Virus record (IMG/VR): IMGVR_UViG_3300028802_000007
Coordinates: 32,001-96,000 of that record
Length of the DNA stretch: 64,000 bases
Strand: one strand, 5' to 3'
Source of the DNA: a virus
The stretch's first letter is position 1; every line of letters begins with the position of its first letter. The notes under the pieces were generated by a model. The model made no database searches and was not told the origin of the DNA. It saw nothing but the letters and a program-made list of their open reading frames with translations. The translations under genes and the position numbers were made by a program. Positions 31,501 to 40,774 of the stretch are shown here, one piece after another.

Positions 31501-34500
31501 ACCGGCGTTGTAGTACTTGCCGCTGTCGGTGGCACCGGACCGACTGAAGACGATCCAGTACTTCGTCCCACTGACCAGCGGGAGAGCGACGGTCGAAGTG
31601 GTGAGGACCGTGAGGGTCGTGGAGAGCTGGCCTGCGGCGACCGACGCGATGGAGCCGATGAGGGAACCCGGAGTCGAGCCCGCGCTCGACCAGAGCTCGA
31701 CCTCGACGGTGTCCGCCGGAGCTCCCGTCCTCGAGAGCATGTAGGAGACACGCCACAGGCTGCCGGTGGCACCTGCCGTGAAGGCCTGCGCCACCTTGGT
31801 GAAGTCGGAGATGTTCCCGAAGGCGATCGCGGTCGGGTCCAAGCTGAACGAGACCGCAGACAGCTCGTTGACCGACTGGGTCTTCTTCAGGATCGCGTTG
31901 GCCGTGAAGGTGCCGGTCCGGGTGATCTGGACCCAAGCGGCAGCGGTGTAGGAGCCAGCGATGGTCTTCTTGAGAACGGCATTGGCCGTGAACGTCCCGG
32001 TCAGCGTCGTCTTGATGACGGCGTTGGCGGTGAAGGTCCCGGTCCTGGTCGCCTTCAGGACCGCGTTCGCCGTGAACGTCCCGGTGACCGTTCGGACGAG
32101 CGCGGCGTTGGCCGTGAAGGTCCCGGTGCGGGTGCTCTTGATGACCGCGTTGACCGTGATGGGCAGCGTCGCCTTCAGGTTGAACGTCGCGTTGATGACA
32201 TCCCAACTGGAGGTCGGAGCGATCGTCCACGTCGGCGAGTACGTCCCGGGCTTGGTAGCGAAGAGGTACGCCGCCTGCAACTGGTAGGTCGCGGTGCTGA
32301 CACCCGTCAGGTTGGTGAACCCGTTGCCAGCGGCGCTGACGACAGACGAACTCAGGAGGTCCATGCCTCCCAGGAAGAGGCGGGGACCGTCTACCGTGAT
32401 CCCACCGACGGTGACAGGCGAGATGCTCTGGCCGTTCTTGGTGGTGACGCCCGTCGGGCTATCGACGCCGCTCCACTCGGAGACGTTGACCGCCTTCTGG
32501 CCGCCGTTGTCGAAGGTGACGGTGACGGTGGTCTGGCCGCCGGACGAGTAGAAGCCCGCGCTGACGACGAGGCCCCAGGCGTTGCCTCGGTTATCGACTT
32601 CAGCCCAGTTGACGCCGCCGCCAGAGGGGATGCCCCTGACCGCGACGACGCTTGGATCGGTCCACCACGCGATGAGCGCGTTGCCAGCGGTGACCGCCGA
32701 CAACGTGACCACCACCGTGAGACCCGTGCCGGTGTTGGTCGCCTGCTGGACGAGGACCGCGTTCTGGAAGCCCTGCGTCTTCAGGGCGATCGCGTTGGCG
32801 GTGTAGGTCCCTGTTCGGGTTGACTTGATGACCGCGTTCGCCGTGAAGGACGAGGAGATAGTGGCCTTCAGGACCGCGCTGGCCGTATAGGACCCGGGCT
32901 GGTCGGGGTCCTTGACGATGGCGTTGGCCGTGAAGCTGCCCGTCTGCGTCCGCTTGATGACCGCGTTCCCGGTGAAGGTCCGCGTCTCGATGTCCTTGAC
33001 GATCGCGTTGACTGTGATCGGAGCGATAGCCGAGGCCGCCTGATAGTGGGCGGTGATCTGGGCCTGGGTCAGGACGACGTTCTTGTAGAGCGCGAGTTCG
33101 TCGAGCGAGCCCTTGAACTCCTCACCGACGGAGCCACCGTCCCAGCCGACCTTGAGCGTCTCGGTGTTGTCCGCCATCGTCAGGTTGGTGACGGTGCCGG
33201 TGATGTCTACGGTGTCGAGGTAGATCTTGTTGGCGGCACCGTTCTTGGTGACGACGAGGTGGTGCCACGAGGTCGTGTCGGTCAGAGCCACCGACGAGAG
33301 GGCCGACGTGCCGACGCTGCCCTTGCCGAAGTCAACGATGTTGGAGGTGTTGATCTGGATGTTGTAGGCGTTGGTGCCAGCGTTCAGGACCGTCTGGAAG
33401 GTGCTGATCGTGCTGCGCTTGTACCAAAGCTCGATCGAGAAGACGTCGCCGAGATCCTTGCCAGACCCGTCTGGGAACTCGGCGTACTTGCCGGTCGATC
33501 CGGGCGTGAACGCCTTGTTGGTGTCGGCTGGAAGAGCTCCTGTGACACCCAACGTCGGACTGCCGATGTAGGTGCCGTTGAGGGAGGCGACCTCCTCTGC
33601 GGCGACGGTGCCGGAGGCCTCGCCGAAGCGGGCGTAGAAGCTCGCACCATCGCTGCGGACAAGCGAGTAGTAGGAGAGTTGGGTCCGCTTGATGACCGCA
33701 TTGGCGGTGAACGTGCCAGTCCTGGTGGACTTGAGGACCGCGTTCGCGGTGAAGGTGCCAGCGCCGCCAGCTTGGACGACGAACGTCCGGGCGATCCAGT
33801 GGGTGCGGACCTGGTCGGGAGTCAGGACCAGCGGGTACAGCGCGATCTCATCGAGCTTGCCCCCGACGTAGCGGTCAGGGGCCGGCGTGCGGGCGATGGT
33901 CAGGGGGTTCGCGTTGGTCGCGTTGCCCGTGTAATCAATCGACGGGCCATCGACGGTCACGTCCACGCCGTCGATCCAGATCTTGGTGTTGCCGTGCCCA
34001 GTGCTGTTGCGAGTGATGACGCAGTGGTAGGCGTTGACGGTTCCGAGCGTGATGCTCGACAGGGCAAGCTGCTGCGGCGAGTTGTAGGTCTCGAGGTTCA
34101 GGTTGTTGTTGCCGAGATGGGCCTCGAAGTGGGTCGTCTTGTTGAGGATCGAGCCCCCGGCGGTGAGGTTGCTGCGCTTGATCCAGAACTCGAGCGAATA
34201 CGGGCCGTCGTTGCCCATGGCCGACAAGGTGTCGCCAGCAGTCGCGATGCTTTGCGAGGAACCGTTGAAGGTGACGGACGTGTTGGTATCACCGGGCAGC
34301 AGGCTCGTCGCACCCAGCGTCGGGCTGCCGCCGTACGTCCCGTCGAGGGTCCCGACCTGGTCGTCGGCAGTGGTGCCCGCCGTCTCGCCCACGCGCCAGT
34401 AGTGGAACGCTCCGTCGGCGACGACCTTCTGGGTGTACGACTGGGTCGGGTTGACCCGGGTGATGTAGTGGTTCCGAACAGAGATCGGGCTCAGGACGTA

Positions 34501-35904
34501 GTTGTAGACGGCAGCGTTGGCGAGCGACCCGTTGAAGCGAACGCCGCCACCACCGATGGGGCTCTCCGCCCCGATGAGCAGGGCTTCCGCGTTCGCGCTG
34601 AACGTCTGGGTGGTCGAGGTCCCCGGCAGCACAGCCCCGTCGAGGTAGGCGATGTACGTCGAGCCGGTGCGGGTGAAGACGACGTGATGCCAGTTCGCGT
34701 CGCCGTCGATGGCCCCCGTCGATACGAAGGCATTCGAGACGTAGTTATCGACTTTAAGCTGACCGGTATCCTCGATCAGCATGTTGAACGCGGTGTTCTT
34801 CGACAGCAGCCAGCCCTGCACCCCTGCCGAAGCAGTCGCACGCTTGTACCAGATCTCTAGGCTGAAGTCGGCGGCACCGAAGTCGAACGAGGGATCGTCG
34901 GGGATGGAGACGTACTGGGTCGAGGCGGCCACGAAGGTCGTGGCGGTCGCGCTGTCGCCGGACAGCGGCCCCGGCACACCGAGCGTCGGCGAGTTGATGT
35001 AGGTGCCGTTCTTGCCGTTGCCGGAGTCATCGGTGGCGGTCGTACCGGACGGATCGTCCAACCGCCAGAAGCCACGCGGCACATCGGAGATGACGACGGC
35101 GGAGTAGACGCTTCGCGTGGCCGATGCAGCGGCGTAGTGGTTCGCGACCTGCTGAGCCGTCAGGGCGTAGGGATAGATGGCGACTTCGTCGAGCCCGCCG
35201 TTGAGGTAGTTACTCGCCCCATTCGCACCCGCGCCGATGAACATCGGGAGGGCGTCGCTGGTGATCGACGTGTTGGCACCGTAGACATCGGTATCGAGCT
35301 GCCCATCGACGTACAGCAGCCACGAAGTGCCAGACACCGTGCCGACGGCGTGGTGCCACACGTTGTCGTCGTAGTTCTTGAAGGTCCGAACGCGGTTGCC
35401 GTCGGCAGGCGTCCAGTAGAGCCGATGGTCGCCACCGCCAAGGAACAACAGCCACGGGCCGTTGGAGCCCTTGTAGATAAGGGACATCGTCGTCGAGGTG
35501 TTGTTGACGATGAACCAGCACTCGTACGACAGGTCCCCCAGGAACATGTCCGGGTGGTCGGGGACGCTGACGTACTCAGAAGAGGCGGAGGCGACCGAGA
35601 TCGAGGGGTTGGAGTCGCCGGACAGCGCGGACGGACCATTCAGCGTCGGCGTGTTGACGTACGTCGCATTCCAGGCGGCGATCTCGTCAACTGCCGACGT
35701 GCCCGCCAGTTCACCGAGCCGGTAGTAGACGAGCGGTCGGTCGCCGGAGATCGTGTCGAAGTACGACATGACCGGATTGGCGGCAGGCTGAATGACCGCG
35801 TTGGCGGTGAACGAGCCGGTCTGGGTGATTGGTCCAGCGGTCGCCGGGATGACCTTCCTCGGTCGGAAGATCTGCGCTGACCGGCGATAGGCTCCGCGAG
35901 CCAC
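28537..35904 (-). CDS. Giant fibre-like virion protein: four LamG/ConA-like domains plus a long 14-aa repeat stalk
   Basis: Four [YF]xR[LVF]xE..GT.A...WHH.V....G.LDE.A.Y units; dozens of TRTGSFTANAVIKA repeats. Confidence 0.8.
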   Translation of the reverse strand: MARGAYRRSAQIFRPRKVIPATAGPITQTGSFTANAVIQPAANPVMSYFDTISGDRPLVYYRLGELAGTSAVDEIAAWNATYVNTPTLNGPSALSGDSNPSISVASASSEYVSVPDHPDMFLGDLSYECWFIVNNTSTTMSLIYKGSNGPWLLFLGGGDHRLYWTPADGNRVRTFKNYDDNVWHHAVGTVSGTSWLLYVDGQLDTDVYGANTSITSDALPMFIGAGANGASNYLNGGLDEVAIYPYALTAQQVANHYAAASATRSVYSAVVISDVPRGFWRLDDPSGTTATDDSGNGKNGTYINSPTLGVPGPLSGDSATATTFVAASTQYVSIPDDPSFDFGAADFSLEIWYKRATASAGVQGWLLSKNTAFNMLIEDTGQLKVDNYVSNAFVSTGAIDGDANWHHVVFTRTGSTYIAYLDGAVLPGTSTTQTFSANAEALLIGAESPIGGGGVRFNGSLANAAVYNYVLSPISVRNHYITRVNPTQSYTQKVVADGAFHYWRVGETAGTTADDQVGTLDGTYGGSPTLGATSLLPGDTNTSVTFNGSSQSIATAGDTLSAMGNDGPYSLEFWIKRSNLTAGGSILNKTTHFEAHLGNNNLNLETYNSPQQLALSSITLGTVNAYHCVITRNSTGHGNTKIWIDGVDVTVDGPSIDYTGNATNANPLTIARTPAPDRYVGGKLDEIALYPLVLTPDQVRTHWIARTFVVQAGGAGTFTANAVLKSTRTGTFTANAVIKRTQLSYYSLVRSDGASFYARFGEASGTVAAEEVASLNGTYIGSPTLGVTGALPADTNKAFTPGSTGKYAEFPDGSGKDLGDVFSIELWYKRSTISTFQTVLNAGTNAYNIQINTSNIVDFGKGSVGTSALSSVALTDTTSWHHLVVTKNGAANKIYLDTVDITGTVTNLTMADNTETLKVGWDGGSVGEEFKGSLDELALYKNVVLTQAQITAHYQAASAIAPITVNAIVKDIETRTFTGNAVIKRTQTGSFTANAIVKDPDQPGSYTASAVLKATISSSFTANAVIKSTRTGTYTANAIALKTQGFQNAVLVQQATNTGTGLTVVVTLSAVTAGNALIAWWTDPSVVAVRGIPSGGGVNWAEVDNRGNAWGLVVSAGFYSSGGQTTVTVTFDNGGQKAVNVSEWSGVDSPTGVTTKNGQSISPVTVGGITVDGPRLFLGGMDLLSSSVVSAAGNGFTNLTGVSTATYQLQAAYLFATKPGTYSPTWTIAPTSSWDVINATFNLKATLPITVNAVIKSTRTGTFTANAALVRTVTGTFTANAVLKATRTGTFTANAVIKTTLTGTFTANAVLKKTIAGSYTAAAWVQITRTGTFTANAILKKTQSVNELSAVSFSLDPTAIAFGNISDFTKVAQAFTAGATGSLWRVSYMLSRTGAPADTVEVELWSSAGSTPGSLIGSIASVAAGQLSTTLTVLTTSTVALPLVSGTKYWIVFSRSGATDSGKYYNAGLYTTSVYAGGGTSIWNLSIWSAEDTAFDFYFVADTAFSLTANAVVKATISSSFTANAAIVRTVTGSFTANAVLKATRTGTFTANAVVLRTQTGSFTAAALILRPQPGSFTAAAVIKAAITGSFKADAAIKSTRTGSYTANAVLLKTGTGSFTASALILRPQTGTFTANAVIKSTRTGSFAADAVLKSTRTGSFTANAVVLKTATGSFTANALIVVTRTGTFTANAVVKATITSSFTANAVVKATRTGSFTADAVIRLTRTGSLSADAVIKKTIAGAFTASAWVQITRTGSFTANAVVKATLTGSFSASALIKATISGSYTANAVIFATRSGSFTGNATILRTQTGSFTANAVLARTATSSFTANAVLKSTRTGTFLADAVVKATRTGSLTADAAIKATRTGSYTANAVIFRTQAGSLTVNAVIMPRFSADAVLKRTQTGAYTANAVIMPRFRADAVIKRTQTGTYTVDAWIGGVGVAAFLASAAIKKTLTGSFTGNAVILRTASGSYTANAVIRATFTGSFTASAVVKRTATGAFSADAVLKATRTGSFTANAIVLRLNQTGTFTVNAVVLRLSITGSFTANALLLKTFSGSFSANAVIKATRAGSFTASALILRSQTGSTTANAVIKATRAGSFTADAVIRRTFAGSFTADAWIISPTAGAGSFKGDAVIKATRTGTFVANALILATRTGAYTADATIKATRSGSYTANAVVLASRSGSFTASAVIKASFNRTFVADAVVKRTSTGTFTAAAWIAGGTTAAFSADAIVRATRSATMRADAVLRSSSVGSFTANAIAKRTATGSLTANAVIRATRTGGVTTNAVIATLRTGSLTADAYVTLFVAGGTFLVDAVIQRTRTGTFTASALLRIVRTGSFTARAIIKAGRAGSFTADASVGAAGQRSFTADAQITGPGYGNFTVDASISRHIVQEIESTTTADTIAGTTTAGTIEGSLSAATIAPSLSARTMDFTWFWTRRSYFTLDAEVV
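28740..33050 (-). repeat. Degenerate ~42-bp coding tandem repeats (TGSFTANAV[IL]K), interrupted by two globular inserts
   Basis: Recurrent GCGTTGGCCGTGAA(G/C) on the + strand. Confidence 0.9.
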
Positions 35905-35967
35905 GGGGTGGTATCCCCTTTAGGTCTAGCTCATGGGATTGAGCTCAGTGTTCCCGGCGCGAGCGCC

Positions 35968-36267
35968 TCAGGAGAGGGAGATGATGTCCTCGAGCCGGAC
36001 GCCCACCGCCGGATACATGGGGTCGTCGGTCACGATCTCCCAGTGCTCCGTGGTGTCCTTGCCGACGGCGATGCCCTCTTCGTCGTAGACGCGCTCGACC
36101 TGGTCGAAGCGTCGGAGGGTGCCGGTGACCTTGACGATGACCGGCTCACCGGCCTTGACCGGCTCCGGGTAGTCCTCGGTGTTGGTCTGGCTGACTCGCT
36201 CGTGGACCTCGGCGTAGACCCCATGCTGGAGCGAGAACGTGCCCTTGTCGCCGTCCTTGTACGCCAT
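35968..36267 (-). CDS. Hypothetical protein
   Basis: AGGAGGTCAACTGATG start context. Confidence 0.6.
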   Translation of the reverse strand: MAYKDGDKGTFSLQHGVYAEVHERVSQTNTEDYPEPVKAGEPVIVKVTGTLRRFDQVERVYDEEGIAVGKDTTEHWEIVTDDPMYPAVGVRLEDIISLS

Positions 36268-36761
36268 CAGTTGACCTCCTCGTATTCGAGCGTGGCTCCC
36301 CAGCCGGTCAGGGTCGTCGGAGTGCCCTGAAGCTGGAAGACGAAGCTGAGGTCGAGGCCGATCATCGGGCGGTCCTCAGGCAGGAAGATCTTCTCGAAGC
36401 CGTTCAGGTTGTTGAAGCCCTCCCAGCCCATGACCGTCAGCGTGCCGCCGCCGTTGGCGGACGAGTCGGTGCCAGCCGATGCGGCTGCGTTCGAGGTCGA
36501 GCCCGCCAGGCCCGACGCCACGGAGTTGACGGTGATGGGGGCGGGCGTGGTGCTGGTGAACGTGCCGAAGGCCGACGCCTTCATGCCCCAGCGGACGGCG
36601 AGCTGCTGGCTCGTGGAGGTGCCCGACTGTCCGCATGTCAGGCGGTAGATGCGGATGATGGACGCACGGCTCGTGGCGGCGGTGGCGCACCTGACCGTGA
36701 TCATCTCGGAGTCCGCGATGACGGTCTGGTTCGCCATCGTGACGACGTAGAGAGAACTCAT
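36267..36761 (-). CDS. Putative virion structural protein
   Basis: Ser/Thr-rich beta-type composition. Confidence 0.5.
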   Translation of the reverse strand: MSSLYVVTMANQTVIADSEMITVRCATAATSRASIIRIYRLTCGQSGTSTSQQLAVRWGMKASAFGTFTSTTPAPITVNSVASGLAGSTSNAAASAGTDSSANGGGTLTVMGWEGFNNLNGFEKIFLPEDRPMIGLDLSFVFQLQGTPTTLTGWGATLEYEEVN

Positions 36762-36770
36762 CGCGAACTC

Positions 36771-37514
36771 CTACTGGGCGAGGATCGCCTTGTTTGACCG
36801 CCATCTAGGGTAACCCACGGGTGGGTTGTCGGCGGCGGGCGGAACGACTTGGAACGACGCCGCCACCACGAGTGTGCTGGTGATGGAAGTCGTGATAGAC
36901 AGGGTCATGATGGCGGTGTGGCCGCCGGAGTTGCTGTTGGAGACCAGCGTCGCGTGGGAGTAGTGATCGACCGACGACACACCGTTGTTGGACGCCCGTA
37001 GCGTCGGCGTGCCGTGGTTCGATGTCCAAGTGTCGTTGGACGCTCTGGCAACGCTGCGCCTGTCGGCACCGACCATCGCCACCAGTTCTCCCGACAGAAG
37101 GTCAGCGTTAGCGAAGGTAGTAGTGTTGGGACTCGAAGTAGAACTACCCTGCGCGGTCTGGTCTAGCGGTATGTTTCCACCGCCAGAGAACTCGCCACCC
37201 GACCACTCTTCGAGATGCGCCGCCGTGATGAAACCGGCGAGCCCCGTGATGGTCGGAGCCGCATCTGACCCAGCGGCGATCTTGAAGAAGATCGAGCACG
37301 CGCAAGTGCCCCCGTCCGAGATGTTGACTGTGGACAGCCAACCCGAAGGTGCCGCGTATGACAGGGCCGTGACGCCACCAGCGGTGCCGCTCACGAAGCA
37401 CAACAGCAGGTTGTTCGCCGTTCGGCTCGATCCTGCGCCATACGCTGGCGTGACGTTCCCGCCAGACGTGCTGACCGACGCCGTCCCGGCTGATCCGACG
37501 AGCGCGTAGGCCAT
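36771..37514 (-). CDS. Putative virion structural protein (Ser/Thr-rich)
   Basis: Resembles the beta-sandwich inserts of the fibre proteins. Confidence 0.5.
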   Translation of the reverse strand: MAYALVGSAGTASVSTSGGNVTPAYGAGSSRTANNLLLCFVSGTAGGVTALSYAAPSGWLSTVNISDGGTCACSIFFKIAAGSDAAPTITGLAGFITAAHLEEWSGGEFSGGGNIPLDQTAQGSSTSSPNTTTFANADLLSGELVAMVGADRRSVARASNDTWTSNHGTPTLRASNNGVSSVDHYSHATLVSNSNSGGHTAIMTLSITTSITSTLVVAASFQVVPPAADNPPVGYPRWRSNKAILAQ

Positions 37515-37533
37515 CAGCCACCACCGGTCATCA

Positions 37534-37986
37534 TCAGCCCAGCATACGCGAGGCGATGGCGTCCACTTCACCCTCTTCGCCGGTCATCACCATGCCGTTG
37601 GGCATGAGCCACAGGCGGGTGACGTGGCGGCCATGCTTCTTGCCGACGACGTGGGCGGTGACCGTCGGTCCGATGGTCGAGCCGATGATGCCGACGTGGT
37701 GACGGTGGTAGAAGAACTGGTCACCCTCCGACGTCGTCATGCACAGCATCGGCTGACCCGACTCCTTGCTCATCAGGAACCAGATGCCAGGCCGGCGGAA
37801 GGTGTCGCGGTTGCCCTCGATCCAACCGGGCGTGTCGAGATCGATACCGATGTTGCCGCCCACCTCGTCGTCAGGCTGGAAGACGAGGAAGACCGGAAGG
37901 TCGCCGACCCAGCCGCTCTCCGGGTGGTCGGCAGGGACGGGGACGGTGCTGACCTCGACCGCCGTGCCCTCGAAGATCTCTACCAT
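37534..37986 (-). CDS. Hypothetical protein
   Basis: In-operon ORF. Confidence 0.55.
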   Translation of the reverse strand: MVEIFEGTAVEVSTVPVPADHPESGWVGDLPVFLVFQPDDEVGGNIGIDLDTPGWIEGNRDTFRRPGIWFLMSKESGQPMLCMTTSEGDQFFYHRHHVGIIGSTIGPTVTAHVVGKKHGRHVTRLWLMPNGMVMTGEEGEVDAIASRMLG

Positions 37987-38858
37987 GTGATGCCCAGCCT
38001 CTCTCGAGCCTGCGCCGGGGTGAGCGCCTTGTGGCCGACATCACCGAGCTGGCCCTCGCGGAAGTCCTGCTCGTCGGGCTTGCGGAAGGCGATCTCGCGC
38101 AGGAACGTCTCCTCATTCACCGTGGTCGGACCGACGTGGCCGATCTTGATGGACGTGTCCACGAAGATGCGGGAGCCGGACTCCTTGGCCTCACGGCAGA
38201 ACAGGAAGTCCTCGCCGTACTCGCCCTGCCAGCGGAAGAACGGCGGAGGGCGCATGCCCTGACGCTGCTCGAGGTCGGGGAAGCCCTCACCGGTCTGCTT
38301 CCGCAGGATGCGATCGAAGACGCGCTTGTGGATCAGGACGAAGGCCATGCCGGTGGCGTCCACCTCGACGGCCTCGTCGTCGCCCCAGTCCTCGAGGAAG
38401 GTGTAGCCGTGCTCCGCCTCAGCGGCCTTGACGTACATCGTCGGCTGGTAGGGCGGCGTCCGCTGGAAGCACAGGCCACCGACCATGTCGAGGTCGAACT
38501 TCTCGCGGGTCTTGACGAGCTCCGTCACGGCTCCCGGCTGGAAGGCCATGTCGGAGTCGATGAACAAGATCCAGTCGCCGTCCATCTTGGCGATGCACTC
38601 GTTGCGCTGGTGGACGAGGACGTTGCCTTGGATGATGAACCGCTGGCTGTACTCGCCCGGACCGATGTAGGTCCGGTCATCCATCAGCCAACTGATGGCC
38701 GTCTGGGCGGACACGTTGTCGCGGGTGACCATGGCGATCGTGCCGACGCATCTCTGCTCCGGCACGACCTCCTCATTGAGCTCGAGCACCGACATCTCGG
38801 TGCCATCGACAATCCCGGCCCGGACCTGTCGGCGGGCCTTAGGGGTCCTGGTCGTCAC
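37980..38858 (-). CDS. GT-A fold (GT2-like) glycosyltransferase
   Basis: QRN, ILFIDSD (DxD), GMAFVLI, GEDFLFC, GH. Confidence 0.85.
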   Translation of the reverse strand: MTTRTPKARRQVRAGIVDGTEMSVLELNEEVVPEQRCVGTIAMVTRDNVSAQTAISWLMDDRTYIGPGEYSQRFIIQGNVLVHQRNECIAKMDGDWILFIDSDMAFQPGAVTELVKTREKFDLDMVGGLCFQRTPPYQPTMYVKAAEAEHGYTFLEDWGDDEAVEVDATGMAFVLIHKRVFDRILRKQTGEGFPDLEQRQGMRPPPFFRWQGEYGEDFLFCREAKESGSRIFVDTSIKIGHVGPTTVNEETFLREIAFRKPDEQDFREGQLGDVGHKALTPAQARERLGITW

Positions 38859-38861
38859 CGC

Positions 38862-39182
38862 CTATGCGACGGTGACAGAGAGCGTCGCGACGGTCGAGTT
38901 GTCGGACGCCTTCTTGAGCGCCACCGTCCACGATCCGGCGGACGGGAAGATGTAGTTGTTGAAGACGTGAGCCCCGCCGTTGGGGGTGAACAGGTAGCTC
39001 TTGCCGTACACGACCGCACTCTTGGTGAAGTCGATGTAGTACACGATGGCGGGCTCCGTCGGGTACTTCAGCGGATCGAACGCGGCGCTGTCGTTGGTCG
39101 GCGCTGCCGCCACGGTCACCCTGCACACCGTCTTGGTGGCAGTGATGGCCCCCGATGCGGGGACGATCGCCAATGTCGTCAT
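38862..39182 (-). CDS. Ig-like small structural protein
   Basis: FPSAGSWTV...TLSVTVA resembles a PKD/Ig C-terminus. Confidence 0.45.
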   Translation of the reverse strand: MTTLAIVPASGAITATKTVCRVTVAAAPTNDSAAFDPLKYPTEPAIVYYIDFTKSAVVYGKSYLFTPNGGAHVFNNYIFPSAGSWTVALKKASDNSTVATLSVTVA

Positions 39183-39243
39183 CAGTTACTCCTTGAACTG
39201 CTCGCGACTGTGACCAAGTGGTCCGCGTCAGGGTACACGACGC

Positions 39244-39930
39244 CTACCAGCTTTGGTCGCGCAACCGGCTCAGTTTCGGAGCCTGGGTGACCGACAGGTC
39301 CCCGCCTTGGTCCCACGGTGTGGAGTACGTTTCCGCCCATGGCTCGCCGCCCCACTTACGGGCGTGGTACTGCTTGTTGAGGGGGTAGCTGTGATCGTTG
39401 CGGGTACCGGGCTCACGGATCGTGACGCTGCCGCCCTCGGCCTGCGTCGTGGTGGACTCGAGGTTGATGACCTTGACGCCCAGGTTCTTGGCCCGCCAGT
39501 CCCAGTCGCTGTCCTCGCAGTAGCAGGGGATGTAGTTCTCATCGAACCAGCCAGCGAGCTCGATGGCCTTGTCGTTGACGGCGAACGCGGAATAGCCGCA
39601 GATGGATACGTTCACGGGGCCCGACGCACTCCACATCGCGTCAGCAAGACGAGCGAGGTCTCCCGGGCCGAAGACGATGTCGGCGTTGGGGAAGAACCAC
39701 CACGGGGCCCGGAGATTGGCCTTGATGATGAAGTTCAGAGCCGCCCCCCAGCCTAGGTTGAAACCGGGCTGGCAGACGAAGCGGTCGCCCGTCCACGGAT
39801 GCTCGTCGGGGACGTACCCGCCGCCGTTGTCGAGGACGTAGTAGCGGACAACGCCAAGATCGACCCCAGCCTCCATCCGCCCCGCCAGGTCGTAGCGGTT
39901 GAGGATGGGCAGGCCCATCACCGGGATCAT
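39244..39930 (-). CDS. GT2-family glycosyltransferase
   Basis: LDNG, NLGWGAALN, NAD, FDENY..YCEDSD. Confidence 0.85.
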   Translation of the reverse strand: MIPVMGLPILNRYDLAGRMEAGVDLGVVRYYVLDNGGGYVPDEHPWTGDRFVCQPGFNLGWGAALNFIIKANLRAPWWFFPNADIVFGPGDLARLADAMWSASGPVNVSICGYSAFAVNDKAIELAGWFDENYIPCYCEDSDWDWRAKNLGVKVINLESTTTQAEGGSVTIREPGTRNDHSYPLNKQYHARKWGGEPWAETYSTPWDQGGDLSVTQAPKLSRLRDQSW

Positions 39931-40610
39931 CCGAACCTCACGACCGGGCTCGCCGTCGGGGCGAACGCGGCGGCGATGGCGTCGTGGCGTTCTAGCCAGA
40001 GAGCCTGATCATGGTCCCAGCCGGCTCTGGCGTTGCGGTAGGTGTCGTCCCACGGAGCCGAGTTGGCGGCGTTGTAGACCGGGTGGAGGTGCTCCACGGT
40101 GGCCTCGACGGCATGGGCATACTCGCCCTGCTGGAGGGCCGTCCAGAACATCTCGTTGTCAGCGAAGTTGTGGAGGTAGCCCGGGTGGAACGCCAGACCG
40201 GGGGCGTCGTACACAGCACGGGCGAGGTACTCGCGGCGGATCACTGCCTGGGTGCCCATGGGGTTGTGCATGTCGTTCATCACCACGCACGAGGGCCCCT
40301 CGGCCATGACCATCAGGGCCCGCGTCAGCCAGCCCCTGTGGTGGATGACGTCGTCGGAGCCGAAGAACAGGGAGTCGGCGTCATCGAGGTAGTCGATGAG
40401 CTTGTTCATCCGGGTGACGTAGCGCCGGTCCTCGACATCACTATCGTCCAGGTACCACTCGCCCAGCTCGTCAAGGATATCCATCGACGCCTCGTCGCTC
40501 ACACAGAACAGCATCGTGTGCGGCTCCGGCGTGTTGGCCCGGATGTTGGCGACGGTGTCCCGTAGGCGCTGTGGTCGATTGAGCGACGGGATGAGGATGG
40601 CCGTCGTCAT
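39927..40610 (-). CDS. GT2-like glycosyltransferase
   Basis: ILIPSLNRP, FFGSDD, HNFADNE, EHLHP. Confidence 0.8.
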   Translation of the reverse strand: MTTAILIPSLNRPQRLRDTVANIRANTPEPHTMLFCVSDEASMDILDELGEWYLDDSDVEDRRYVTRMNKLIDYLDDADSLFFGSDDVIHHRGWLTRALMVMAEGPSCVVMNDMHNPMGTQAVIRREYLARAVYDAPGLAFHPGYLHNFADNEMFWTALQQGEYAHAVEATVEHLHPVYNAANSAPWDDTYRNARAGWDHDQALWLERHDAIAAAFAPTASPVVRFG

Positions 40611-40774
40611 GACAGCGGCTGCCAAGGGAGGTGGCGGCTGACCTTGAGCTTGTGCTCCTCGCACACGATCAGATCCGCCAAGTGCTGGCCCAGAGCAACC
40701 CTCGCCACCGCTGGCTTGCCGCACAGGGGTGGGTGGGGCGTCTTGAAGTTATTGAGCGGGTAGTTGCACTTCAT
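40607..40774 (-). CDS. Small Cys/His protein (55 aa)
   Basis: Read manually: MKCNY...LCGKP...VCEEH; ATGA overlaps at both ends. Confidence 0.45.
   Translation of the reverse strand: MKCNYPLNNFKTPHPPLCGKPAVARVALGQHLADLIVCEEHKLKVSRHLPWQPLS

Noticed and set aside
28720-32823. Long + strand ORFs (also 8174..11167, 3762..5450, 17796..19721, 33046..34860)
   Set aside because: These are antisense shadows of high-GC minus-strand genes, with no RBS or motifs.
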